Shown here piece by piece: positions 9,161 to 18,331 of a stretch of DNA of 64,000 nucleotides. Every line of letters starts with the position of its first letter. Position 1 is the first letter of the stretch. The position numbers and the translations under genes were made by a program. Under the pieces are notes generated by a model. That model searched no databases, had not been told where the DNA came from, and saw only the letters and a program-made list of their open reading frames with translations. The stretch lies in the sequence record OR545507.1, one strand, 5' to 3'.

Positions 9161-9718
9161 TTAGCTCCCTTTGTATTGATGTTTACGTTTAGTACTGTAT
9201 TTCCAGCCAGTACTATGTCTTGTTCTGATATCGTCCCAATACGATGGTAATGAACGCATCTTACGTCTTCCACGTATATCAGGTTCCCCCTCATCCTTCA
9301 GTACTGCACAAGCCATACGACGCTCTTGTTGTGTCTTAGGACGCTTGTATCGGGAGTGGTTATGTTTGTACATATACGAACGCTTATGTCGCCATTCCGT
9401 ATCACGAGCTTTACGTTTATGTTCCCAGTACTCATTATAGAGTATCATGTATTCACCCATAAGTAAATCAGGAGATACAAGTAATCCTTTTTCAGTACAA
9501 AGATAATAACCCACAAACTTTTCTGGAAACATTTCGTAATAGAAACGGTTCTTCCAAAATGTTTCACGATTCTTTTTGTTGAATTCAGCTAAATCGAATT
9601 TCATCTTACTGTGGAAACGGTCTATACCGTCATGTTCCGCAATGTACTCTAACAGATTATCAATAATCTCAACTTTACCAGAATCGTGATACAACGTAAA
9701 TGTTTGGTCAAAAAACAT
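9161..9718 (-). CDS. hypothetical protein with basic C-terminal LPSYWDD...GWK region
   Basis: ORF track, AGGAG RBS. Confidence 0.7.
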   Translation of the reverse strand: MFFDQTFTLYHDSGKVEIIDNLLEYIAEHDGIDRFHSKMKFDLAEFNKKNRETFWKNRFYYEMFPEKFVGYYLCTEKGLLVSPDLLMGEYMILYNEYWEHKRKARDTEWRHKRSYMYKHNHSRYKRPKTQQERRMACAVLKDEGEPDIRGRRKMRSLPSYWDDIRTRHSTGWKYSTKRKHQYKGS

Positions 9719-9814
9719 ATGAAATCTCCTTTAAGTTAAAATAACCTAATGGAAAGTCATTCTTCCTTTAATACATGTTCTCATGATTTGTTCCTTTTGT
9801 CAAGATATAGATAT

Positions 9815-9840
9815 AAAAAATCCCTGCCAAAAGACAGGGA
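9815..9840 (-). terminator. rho-independent terminator
   Basis: TCCCTGTC-TTTT-GGCAGGGA plus T6 on the minus strand. Confidence 0.75.
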
Positions 9841-9944
9841 CGAAAAACTGAAATAACACATGGAGTTCTTTTTAATTTAATAAAAAGTATTATTATTCTT
9901 ATAAAAGTATTTATTAAGAACTCCACAATATGTCTTCAAATGAA

Positions 9945-10133
9945 TCAAAAACCTTTCTGAGCTACTAGTTCACGGTACTGTGCACGAGTTAGTACACCTT
10001 GTTTGCGTAGAGCTTGAAGACCGGATAGGGTTTCACTCTTACGTTGTTCGTACATACGTTGTTCTTTAGATTGAATAACTTTCTCTTTCTTAACTTTTGC
10101 TACTGGTTCTTTTTTCTTAGGTTGTTTAGCCAT
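9945..10133 (-). CDS. small basic protein, SHOCT-like C-terminus
   Basis: LQALRKQGVLTRAQY; AGGAG RBS. Confidence 0.6.
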   Translation of the reverse strand: MAKQPKKKEPVAKVKKEKVIQSKEQRMYEQRKSETLSGLQALRKQGVLTRAQYRELVAQKGF

Positions 10134-10164
10134 TTTATATCTCCTTCTGTATTATGATAACAAC

Positions 10165-10193
10165 ATTATATCATGTATGGGACATAATGTCCC
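10165..10193 (-). promoter_or_regulatory. extended -10 promoter overlapping an inverted repeat
   Basis: GGGACA-17-TATAAT with TG; 11-bp perfect inverted repeat at 10174-10198. Confidence 0.55.
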
Positions 10194-10201
10194 ATACAAT
10201 A

Positions 10202-11641
10202 TTACATATTTTCTTCAGCAAATTCTGCAAGTGGTGAACGAACAACACCTTCTAGTTCGATGACACGACAACCTGCCCAATCTTTAAACTTCTCAGTTAC
10301 ATATGTCAAACCACTGTTAACAGGACTAATAAACTTACTGTCAATCTGACTCAAGTTACCCATAATTACTACTTTACAGTTTAATCCTGCTCGTGTCAAG
10401 ATTGTTTTGGCTTGTGCAGGTGTAATGTTTTGGAATTCATCAACTACTAGAATAGTGTTGGTGAATGAACGTCCACGTACAAAGTTTAGTGCTTTAAATT
10501 GAATAACATTACGTTTCATAATCTCTTCAATACTACCTTGAGGGTTAGCATCATCTTTATGAAGAAACTCTAACGCGTCAATTGCGGCTCCACAGAATGG
10601 AATCACTTTTTCTGCTTCTGAACCTGGCAAGAAACCAATATCTTCAAACTGTGAGTCTTGAGTTTTAGAGAAGATGATTCGGTCGTATTTACGTTTTTCC
10701 AGTACTAATTCTAATGCAGTCGCAATCGTAATTAGTGTTTTACCAGTACCAGCAGAACCTAGCAGTACTGTTAGATGTACATCAGGATCGAGAATACTGT
10801 TGATGGCGAGTGCTTGTTGGATATTCTTTGCTTTAATATCCCATACTTTAGCACGTAAAGCTACTGATTGTCCAATATCTTGGAATACCAAAATATCTTC
10901 TGGTGTTAGTGTTCCATCATCTTCCTCAATTGCTGATTGACCTTCGTACACAAATAATACGTCTGCATCATCATATAGATAATCCCCGATGCATAGATTT
11001 TGTGGGAGCAAATGCTCAATCAAGCTTTTGGAAATGTAATGATACAAACGACGACCAACTTGTTCGGATTGAATATTAGTATTGGTTAAGTTGCTATATA
11101 CTTCCCAAAAATTGATTTCCAAATGGTGTTGACCAATGTGAATCAAATCACTATCACCAATAACAATATCATGGCGATAATCTTGTACCTCGACACCATA
11201 ACTTAGTGCTTTGATACGCATGTTGATATCACGAGTTACCAGTACTGATTCTGTTGCTAAAGCTACCAGAATGATTTTATCATCAGGTACTGTGCTTTTG
11301 AGAAGGGTTTGAACTTTCTCTTCTGAACCTTTAGTACGAATTAGTGCTTCAGCTTCTTCGTTTGTAATAACAAACAATTTGCTATCAGGATTCATATTGG
11401 TATGAACATCAGCAATATTAACACCAGTACTACTAATCTCATCATGTGATGCATCTGCAATAATTGCTTCAATGTTACGAATAGCAACACGAGCATCGCG
11501 TGAAACATCTACATTACGACTCTTAATTGAATCCAATTCTTCCAGTACTGTAAATGGTAGAATGATTGCAGCACCATCAAAAGCAATAGATGCATTAGGG
11601 TCAGATAGTAGTACGTTTGTGTCAATTGTATATTTTTTCAT
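10202..11641 (-). CDS. phoH: PIN domain-PhoH family ATPase
   Basis: N-terminal IDTNVLL PIN motif; GSAGTGKT, FVRGRSF, VDEFQN, GNLSQID. Confidence 0.92.
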   Translation of the reverse strand: MKKYTIDTNVLLSDPNASIAFDGAAIILPFTVLEELDSIKSRNVDVSRDARVAIRNIEAIIADASHDEISSTGVNIADVHTNMNPDSKLFVITNEEAEALIRTKGSEEKVQTLLKSTVPDDKIILVALATESVLVTRDINMRIKALSYGVEVQDYRHDIVIGDSDLIHIGQHHLEINFWEVYSNLTNTNIQSEQVGRRLYHYISKSLIEHLLPQNLCIGDYLYDDADVLFVYEGQSAIEEDDGTLTPEDILVFQDIGQSVALRAKVWDIKAKNIQQALAINSILDPDVHLTVLLGSAGTGKTLITIATALELVLEKRKYDRIIFSKTQDSQFEDIGFLPGSEAEKVIPFCGAAIDALEFLHKDDANPQGSIEEIMKRNVIQFKALNFVRGRSFTNTILVVDEFQNITPAQAKTILTRAGLNCKVVIMGNLSQIDSKFISPVNSGLTYVTEKFKDWAGCRVIELEGVVRSPLAEFAEENM

Positions 11642-11701
11642 AAAACATCCTTGAGTTATGAGTACATCCTTGTACTCGACTAATGTTATTGACTCGGATT
11701 A

Positions 11702-12004
11702 TTACATATTTGGTTCGTATTCAACATAGCAACGTGAACCTCGAACCTTTTCTTCCCAGCACTCCTGGTAAACAAGTTGACCAATTGAAACTGGTTCTCT
11801 TGATAGTCCATTACGTACTTCACCATTTTGGGTTTTATACATAAATGAACATTTGGACTCGCTACATTGTCCTAAACTAACAACTTCTGCGGTATTGTAG
11901 TGAATGTTGGTACGCTTAGTGTTCTCGTGATACTGTCCGAACCAAAGAACTCCTGCACCTAACAGAACAGTACAAATAAGACTTTTGATGTGTGTTTGAA
12001 TCAT
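11702..12004 (-). CDS. membrane-anchored hypothetical protein
   Basis: N-terminal hydrophobic segment, paired Cys. Confidence 0.6.
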   Translation of the reverse strand: MIQTHIKSLICTVLLGAGVLWFGQYHENTKRTNIHYNTAEVVSLGQCSESKCSFMYKTQNGEVRNGLSREPVSIGQLVYQECWEEKVRGSRCYVEYEPNM

Positions 12005-12321
12005 AATGAGTTAAATCCATTGTTTAAGTATGTTTCAATATTAATTTTACCAACAGGATTACTACTGTGAACAAAGTACTCAAACGGTTCTTTAATATTA
12101 TTATCAAACATATAATCAATAAGAAACTTAGCAAAAGAATATCCAGTCTTTTCGTCTTCGCTCACATCACCCAAGTCATGGTCGAATGATACAAATGCTG
12201 GAATTCCATTTTCAATAACATATTCACATGCACTTTTAAAGTCACGACATACCACCATATCTTGGTTTGGATAATATAGATTTGCATCACGAATATCATC
12301 CAAAAACATTGAGTAAGACAT
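12001..12321 (-). CDS. cyclic-phosphate-processing receiver-like domain protein
   Basis: FLDDIRD, SFDHDLG, TGY, HSSNPVG motifs. Confidence 0.75.
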   Translation of the reverse strand: MSYSMFLDDIRDANLYYPNQDMVVCRDFKSACEYVIENGIPAFVSFDHDLGDVSEDEKTGYSFAKFLIDYMFDNNIKEPFEYFVHSSNPVGKINIETYLNNGFNSL

Positions 12322-12330
12322 GTTAAACTC

Positions 12331-12882
12331 CTATAGATAACTAATTAGTAAGTTTTCTTTTTGAACCAGATACTCCAATTCTTGTTTTGCTGTACCGATG
12401 AAGTTCTGTGTCATAAGATTATTATATCCCGCTTCTCGATTTTGTCCCTTAGAATAACGAGAAATATGACATAAATTTACACCAGCAACTTCTGCACTTG
12501 CATGTTTAGCATTAGTGTATCCATCTCTAATGTGTTTCAACTCGTCATAGGTTACTTCATAGCTAAAACTGTGACTGTTTGCACCTGGGTAAATTTCAAA
12601 AGTTTTGAGTGGTCGAAGATGGGAAACAAAAATATTGTAATCCATTTCTTCTTGAACTTCACGACGCAACGCATCTTCTAGTGAGATATCAGTACTTTCT
12701 ACGGTTCCACCACATCCACCAAGAAGACCATCCCATCGTAATTGCAGTAATACTAAATTTACTTCTGGTATATCATTCAACTCATAGTTTTTGTAAGGGT
12801 TGCATTTTCTTGCAAAGAAATAACAAAATACAAAATTTGCACGTGTGCCATATTCACCAAAGGGAACTTCTTTAACACTCAT
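12331..12882 (-). CDS. Nudix hydrolase, NUDT16-like
   Basis: Nudix box GGTVE...LEDALRREVQEEM; LRWDGLLG and NFIGTAKQEL resemble NUDT16 from memory. Confidence 0.8.
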   Translation of the reverse strand: MSVKEVPFGEYGTRANFVFCYFFARKCNPYKNYELNDIPEVNLVLLQLRWDGLLGGCGGTVESTDISLEDALRREVQEEMDYNIFVSHLRPLKTFEIYPGANSHSFSYEVTYDELKHIRDGYTNAKHASAEVAGVNLCHISRYSKGQNREAGYNNLMTQNFIGTAKQELEYLVQKENLLISYL

Positions 12883-13637
12883 TTCATACGTTCCTTAATT
12901 ATAGTCTCTAGATGCGGTATTGCTTTGGTTGCTGGCTTGATAACTTTTTCATTAAACAAAAAATCATTATCATTTTTACGAATGTTAACATTAACACTAT
13001 AACATGGTAATGCTGCTGCTAATCTCGACCATACCAGTACTGTATCGCTACTACCAATTACAATAACTGTATCATTTTCATTAAGAGATTTCAACACATT
13101 ATTTCGTTCTTCGTAAATTGGTAAGCGAATACCATCAACATAACGATGATATTCTCCAATCATTACTACATTTGGTTTAGCAAAAACATCATGTTTTGGT
13201 ATGTATGGTTCGTATCCGCAGTTAATAACATTATAATCATCGGAATTGATACTATAATTTTCAATAACTTCGCACAAGTTTCCATGAAGTTTAAGCTCAT
13301 GACCACCAATACGAGTATAAAGATCGTCCATGTTAGAAGTCATATGAAGGAAGCAATCACCATATTGATCTTCTAACGATTTTATAAAATAATGCATTGC
13401 ATTCGGTTCGCATTGTCCCAATTTTACACGTAATGTATTATAGAAAGAATGAACAACATGATATTTTGTAGTTAAACTAGCAATGTTACATACATCATTA
13501 ATTTTAAATGTATCCCACAAACCATCATCAAATCGAAAAGGTTCCATACCACTTTCAACAGAAAGTCCTGCACCTGATATAATCAGTAATCGCTTTTTAC
13601 CTTCATTGCTTATAAATTTTTCTGATATCATATTCAA
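12879..13637 (-). CDS. Sir2/CobB family NAD-dependent deacylase
   Basis: SGAGLSVESG, SNMDDL, LHGNL, KPNVVMIGE, VIGSS. Confidence 0.9.
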   Translation of the reverse strand: MNMISEKFISNEGKKRLLIISGAGLSVESGMEPFRFDDGLWDTFKINDVCNIASLTTKYHVVHSFYNTLRVKLGQCEPNAMHYFIKSLEDQYGDCFLHMTSNMDDLYTRIGGHELKLHGNLCEVIENYSINSDDYNVINCGYEPYIPKHDVFAKPNVVMIGEYHRYVDGIRLPIYEERNNVLKSLNENDTVIVIGSSDTVLVWSRLAAALPCYSVNVNIRKNDNDFLFNEKVIKPATKAIPHLETIIKERMK

Positions 13638-13834
13638 TCCTTATAAAAAACAATTAAATATATTGATAATAACAGAATGATTCCAATATGATAGGCATAC
13701 ATAAAATTATTATCTTTGTGATAACCATTGGATTTCAAGTCCCTATATAAGCATTTAGCATTGTTATAAATTACAACAATAGAAAAAACTATAAAAAAAC
13801 TCAAAACCCATTCATAAATTGTGTATGCCATCAT
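13634..13834 (-). CDS. small membrane protein
   Basis: Two hydrophobic segments. Confidence 0.55.
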   Translation of the reverse strand: MMAYTIYEWVLSFFIVFSIVVIYNNAKCLYRDLKSNGYHKDNNFMYAYHIGIILLLSIYLIVFYKD

Positions 13835-13861
13835 CTATTCTCTCTTATAATATTAGTACTT

Positions 13862-14455
13862 TTAATATTTTAAAACATCAAACTCTTCGCTTACGCTTGT
13901 TACATTATCACTAACAATTTTAAAAATTGATTTGATACGTTCGTGTAGTGGTTTTTTAGATTCGTTCTCAACTTCAATATATGCTTGCATTGCTGCAATT
14001 GCATGATATGTCCCACTACCTACTGCGGTAATTCTTGTTTTAGGTTGTAGTACTGAAAAGTCTTCTTGAACTTCATAGATTGTATGATTGTGGAGAATGA
14101 TAAATTGTCCACCTCCTACATCTTGTGATGCATCTCGTGCACCCCATTCTTCTTTAAACATTTGACGAATAATTGGAATAACTTTAAGAACCAAATATTG
14201 TGAAAATGTTTGACTAGCATCTTGTTCAGGTAAATTAAGGTTATAATTTAACAACTGACCCATACGAAATGATGTAGTATAACCCAATGCCATTACTTCT
14301 TTAGTTCTAGTTAGTCCATCATCATGTAACTTGATAAATTCTTTCTCGAATACCTTTGGCTCAGTTTGAACAGTTTTTGTAAATCCATTGCTTCCTAACT
14401 TATCCCCAGCAATAAAAGAACTTACTCCGTCAGTGTGTGCAATAATACAGGTCAT
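13862..14455 (-). CDS. HslV/proteasome-beta-like Ntn peptidase
   Basis: Start MTCII gives an N-terminal Thr; AGD and AVGSG motifs. Confidence 0.7.
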   Translation of the reverse strand: MTCIIAHTDGVSSFIAGDKLGSNGFTKTVQTEPKVFEKEFIKLHDDGLTRTKEVMALGYTTSFRMGQLLNYNLNLPEQDASQTFSQYLVLKVIPIIRQMFKEEWGARDASQDVGGGQFIILHNHTIYEVQEDFSVLQPKTRITAVGSGTYHAIAAMQAYIEVENESKKPLHERIKSIFKIVSDNVTSVSEEFDVLKY

Positions 14456-14712
14456 AAAATAGCTCCAATTGCAAATAATGTTGTGTATAAGATATAAATT
14501 AGTGCTCCTAACAACATTAGGCACACCAAGTATGAAGTTGATAGTACATAATAAATTATTGCTTCGAATTTTGAATTGAACTTCATTGTAGTTGAATCAA
14601 TAAAGCCATTACGATAATCTTTGTAAATGAAAACTGTTAGAAAAATAACTGTAGCATACATTACTACAGTAGCATAAAAAATAATAGATGTCAAGTTTTG
14701 GATGTTTGTCAT
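14452..14712 (-). CDS. membrane protein
   Basis: Two hydrophobic segments; ATGA overlap. Confidence 0.55.
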   Translation of the reverse strand: MTNIQNLTSIIFYATVVMYATVIFLTVFIYKDYRNGFIDSTTMKFNSKFEAIIYYVLSTSYLVCLMLLGALIYILYTTLFAIGAIL

Positions 14713-14782
14713 AGTTATATAATCTCAATATAATTAATAACAAAGGAAGTACATCATAATCATCCTGTTATTTTAATTATTT

Positions 14783-15406
14783 TTATTGTTTGACTGAACC
14801 GTAAAAAACCAGTTCTGGTTTTGTTAATATTACAACATCTTCACCACGAGAACGACTAACTCTAAATAGAACTTCTGGTGGGATTCCATTTGCTGCATAT
14901 AGTGAAAAAAGGAAACCTACCTTTGTTGCCATTTCTTCGGTAAAAGTTGATAACTGTCTTACAGACACAAATGAATTATCACCATCAGTAACATTACTTT
15001 TAATCGAAATGTTATGAAGACCCAGTACTGAGCGATTTGTCATATATCGCTTTTCGGGAGATACACTAAAGAATACCACAGTACATGCTGAATTGCAATA
15101 CCTAGAAACAATTAAATTTATCCCATTGTCTCTAACAAAGTTTGCCATTCGAATACCTGCATCAAAATCACCACCAGGAGATGTAATTGTGATGGTATCA
15201 TAGTGTTCTTTATCATACAACTCTATCATACGCTTGAGTGACCCATCTGTAATATCTGATATGAAATATACATTTCGGGTTTCAGGATTATACTTTATCA
15301 CATTTTTACTTTCAATACCAGCACTGGCTGGAAAATTTATTAACAATAGAAACATTGCTGCTTGTATCACTTCAAGCCATAGTCTTTTCATATAACAAGT
15401 CCTCAA
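14783..15406 (-). CDS. ClpP/crotonase-like peptidase with signal/anchor sequence
   Basis: TSPGGD, CNSAC, LGLHN; hydrophobic N-terminus. Confidence 0.7.
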   Translation of the reverse strand: MRTCYMKRLWLEVIQAAMFLLLINFPASAGIESKNVIKYNPETRNVYFISDITDGSLKRMIELYDKEHYDTITITSPGGDFDAGIRMANFVRDNGINLIVSRYCNSACTVVFFSVSPEKRYMTNRSVLGLHNISIKSNVTDGDNSFVSVRQLSTFTEEMATKVGFLFSLYAANGIPPEVLFRVSRSRGEDVVILTKPELVFYGSVKQ

Positions 15407-15426
15407 TTTTGTTTAGGAAGATATAA

Positions 15427-15455
15427 ATAATATAGTACTTAAACACTTAAGTCAA
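15427..15455 (-). promoter_or_regulatory. sigma70-like promoter
   Basis: TTGACT-17-TATTAT, with AGTACT in the spacer. Confidence 0.55.
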
Positions 15456-15517
15456 ACTTTTTCTGTACTTAACTCAAATTTTTAAAAATAAAACTTAAGG
15501 TGTACAGTTTATAACAG

Positions 15518-15546
15518 ATCATATCATACCACTGATGTTTTGTCAA
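15518..15546 (-). promoter_or_regulatory. sigma70-like promoter (extended -10)
   Basis: TTGACA-17-TATGAT with TG. Confidence 0.65.
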
Positions 15547-15616
15547 CTAGTTCATGGTGCATCTGATGTAAAAAACAAATATATTTCATACTTATATTTA
15601 AAAAAGGAAATAAAAT

Positions 15617-15994
15617 ATGAAAGCTATCGCAGCACAAGGTAAACTACCATTCAATATCGGCGGGTTTTGTGTAACCGCAGCTAATATAAACGGTGAATTG
15701 AAATATAACTTGAACATCTTTAATCAACGTTCTAGTTGTGTTTACGATCTCATTGATACTGATTTTAATGTTTATCGTTTTGTAACTATCACTAGTTATG
15801 ATAAAGATAAAATTAGATTAGATGCATCTAAAACAGCATTGGAAATTGCACCAACTCTAGCCAAAAATACTTTTTGTATTAAGATTGACGATAGTGCATT
15901 TGCTGAATCATTCCAGTTTCATAAAATTAAATTGAGTACTGGGGCGATGAAATATCACCCTTGGGATTTGTATTATTGCAACCTCCCAGGTTAA
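15617..15994 (+). CDS. hypothetical protein, the only convincing plus-strand gene
   Basis: AAGGA RBS, lies in a gap, ends at a bidirectional terminator. Confidence 0.75.
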   Translation: MKAIAAQGKLPFNIGGFCVTAANINGELKYNLNIFNQRSSCVYDLIDTDFNVYRFVTITSYDKDKIRLDASKTALEIAPTLAKNTFCIKIDDSAFAESFQFHKIKLSTGAMKYHPWDLYYCNLPG

Positions 15995-15995
15995 C

Positions 15996-16023
15996 AAAAA
16001 AGGAGCCTTGTGGCTCCTTTTTT
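15996..16023. terminator. bidirectional terminator between convergent genes
   Basis: AAAAAAGGAGCC-TTGT-GGCTCCTTTTTT. Confidence 0.85.
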
Positions 16024-16280
16024 TATTCTACAGTATTAAGCTTCTGACAAATCATATCAGCTTCTACTCGGTCTTTATAATAAATGGTAAATCCAAATCT
16101 ACTTGTTACCCTTTTCTCACTACGGTGTATACAGTTTACAATATAGTACTTATTATTTTGTGCAGAAAAACGAACTTCATAATTTCGAAAAGAAGTATTA
16201 GGTTCATCCATAGCAACTATATATAACATAAAAATAAAAAACACTGTTATTAGAAAAGCAATAATAATTATTACTGTCAT
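16023..16280 (-). CDS. membrane-anchored hypothetical protein
   Basis: Hydrophobic N-terminus. Confidence 0.6.
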   Translation of the reverse strand: MTVIIIIAFLITVFFIFMLYIVAMDEPNTSFRNYEVRFSAQNNKYYIVNCIHRSEKRVTSRFGFTIYYKDRVEADMICQKLNTVE

Positions 16281-16768
16281 TTATCAAGACCCTTATCATA
16301 AATGCAATTAACAATAATTCCAGCATCTTCCAGTACTTTAATAGCTTCTGGTGGTGTACGAGGATAATTTTTGAGATAAATTACACGTGAAATCCCACTA
16401 CCTGCGATCAACTTAGAACAAGTATAACATGGTTGTAGTGTTGTGTAAAGAGTAGCACCTTGACGTTCAGTAGGAGAACTATAGAGTAAAGCGTTCATTT
16501 CAGCATGGATTTCATGAATATTACTCCACTCATGATGTTCATGCTTTGCTTCATCACTAACCCAGTCTTGAAAACGTCCATCATTGACTAAGTGTTGATT
16601 CACATCACAACAATTTGGTTGTTTTGATGGAGTACCATTGTATCCAGTACTCAATACTCGGTTATTTTTAACAATAACACAACCAACTTTTTGTGAAATA
16701 CATTTACTTTCCTCAGCAACTACTTCTGCTATCTTCAACCAAGTCGTATGTTTCATTATAAGCTCCAA
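16277..16768 (-). CDS. cd: dCMP deaminase
   Basis: STGYNG, IHAEMNAL, LQPCYTC. Confidence 0.9.
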   Translation of the reverse strand: MELIMKHTTWLKIAEVVAEESKCISQKVGCVIVKNNRVLSTGYNGTPSKQPNCCDVNQHLVNDGRFQDWVSDEAKHEHHEWSNIHEIHAEMNALLYSSPTERQGATLYTTLQPCYTCSKLIAGSGISRVIYLKNYPRTPPEAIKVLEDAGIIVNCIYDKGLDK

Positions 16769-17237
16769 TACTTAACAATGCGTTTTTACACAAATCATGA
16801 ATTTTCATAACTCGAATATAGTTTAACACATCTGTTTCATTAATTTCAAATGGTTTATCTGCATATGTAGACCACGTTTGATTTAATTCAATAACAAATG
16901 TAATTTTATCTGTATCCATAATATTATCACAAAATCTACGAAAATCTTGCTCTTCATCGGAAAGTCTGAAATTTAAATCATTTTTTAAACCATTAACTGT
17001 GAAGCAAATACCAGTACTGTAACCGATGCAAATATCTTCAATATCATATAATCCATAAATTAATTTAGAGATAAACGTGCTATATTTGTTTCTATGATAA
17101 TAGTTTAATATTTCTTGTTTAATATTAATTTCAATATCAGTAGTTTTTTGTAATGTAAGTTTAATTAATTCTAATGTCTTGATTATGTTATCTAACCAGA
17201 TATTAGTATCATCTATACTTAGGTGTGTGTATTTCAT
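16713..17237 (-). CDS. hypothetical protein
   Basis: ORF track. Confidence 0.6.
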   Translation of the reverse strand: MKYTHLSIDDTNIWLDNIIKTLELIKLTLQKTTDIEINIKQEILNYYHRNKYSTFISKLIYGLYDIEDICIGYSTGICFTVNGLKNDLNFRLSDEEQDFRRFCDNIMDTDKITFVIELNQTWSTYADKPFEINETDVLNYIRVMKIHDLCKNALLSIGAYNETYDLVEDSRSSC

Positions 17238-17763
17238 TATGTCCCTCTAGATTCCAATCATCAACGAGTTTAGAACAAACTTCCATATGATTATAGTACT
17301 TTTCATCCAATACATACGGTTTATTATGATATTGTCGTACATCAGTGAATATATCATAATTTCTATATATGAATGACATATTTTTATGCATTAATTCTAT
17401 AGTTTTCCAAATTTTCTCAATATCATATAGAATTGTTTCTAATGACAAACCTGTTAACTTGGAAATTCTTTCAACTTTAAACCCTGATAACATCATAGTA
17501 CTGTTGTGTTTAGTTAAGTAACTATATCCAATAGAACTATGTATTAACTCAATACTATCAGTGTATGTGATTGTTTTTAGAAATGATTTTATATTTCTAT
17601 TAAACCAATACCACTTTTTGTTTTTATTATAACAACTATACCATTTCTTCAATATATCAATTGCTTCAGAATTAATTTTTAAAGCAAATTCATCAATTAA
17701 AAACATATGATGGTAAAAAATATCACTTTGTTCTTCAGTTAAATTATATTGCTGCATATTCAC
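17209..17763 (-). CDS. hypothetical protein
   Basis: ORF track. Confidence 0.6.
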   Translation of the reverse strand: MNMQQYNLTEEQSDIFYHHMFLIDEFALKINSEAIDILKKWYSCYNKNKKWYWFNRNIKSFLKTITYTDSIELIHSSIGYSYLTKHNSTMMLSGFKVERISKLTGLSLETILYDIEKIWKTIELMHKNMSFIYRNYDIFTDVRQYHNKPYVLDEKYYNHMEVCSKLVDDWNLEGHNEIHTPKYR

Positions 17764-17844
17764 CTACCCTAGTAACAATGATTCCTTGGGTATTTAGCTC
17801 ATATAGATCAAAATATGATCAATGGAAAATTGATATACAGCAAT

Positions 17845-17873
17845 AAAAATAGGAATCCCATGATAGGATTCCT
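17845..17873 (-). terminator. rho-independent terminator
   Basis: AGGAATCC-n7-GGATTCCT plus T-run. Confidence 0.7.
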
Positions 17874-17883
17874 TTTCACAATA

Positions 17884-18330
17884 TTATTTTTGATATGGGG
17901 TGTACTGATATTTTTCACAATCAGAAACAGTTAGAACACCTTCATCATAACCATATTGAAGTACAAGGTCAAATGCTTTATCAACCATAGCAACAACATC
18001 TTTATAACGAACAATCTTATGAGATTGATTCTCAACTGCTTTCATAATCCCCATTAGCAACCAGCGACCTTCATCGGTGTGTAATTTAGCAAAGCGTGGA
18101 CGCTTTGTCGCTGCCATAATATCAGTCCATTCAGCTTTAAAAATGTGTGGACGTTTTGGAATATCATATAGTGTAGTAGGGAAAGTTACATTATTTTTCT
18201 TCATTGCTTCTGCTTGTGCTGCACGATAGCCCTGACGATATAATGGATGCTGCATTTTTAGCTGTTCAGCACTTAGAACTACTTTTGCTTTGTATGCGTC
18301 ATAACCATCTTTATATTGTGCATTGGACAT
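17884..18330 (-). CDS. hypothetical protein
   Basis: ORF track. Confidence 0.7.
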   Translation of the reverse strand: MSNAQYKDGYDAYKAKVVLSAEQLKMQHPLYRQGYRAAQAEAMKKNNVTFPTTLYDIPKRPHIFKAEWTDIMAATKRPRFAKLHTDEGRWLLMGIMKAVENQSHKIVRYKDVVAMVDKAFDLVLQYGYDEGVLTVSDCEKYQYTPYQK

Positions 18331-18331
18331 A

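Noticed and set aside
9750-9785. Leader peptide MRTCIKGRMTFH upstream of 9161..9718
   Set aside because: It is very short, and no attenuator structure or codon run could be supported.
11645-11677. Hairpin GAGTACA/TGTACTC with a duplicated AAGGATG upstream of phoH as a translational switch
   Set aside because: The stem is only 7 bp and the RBS copy next to the ATG is not sequestered.
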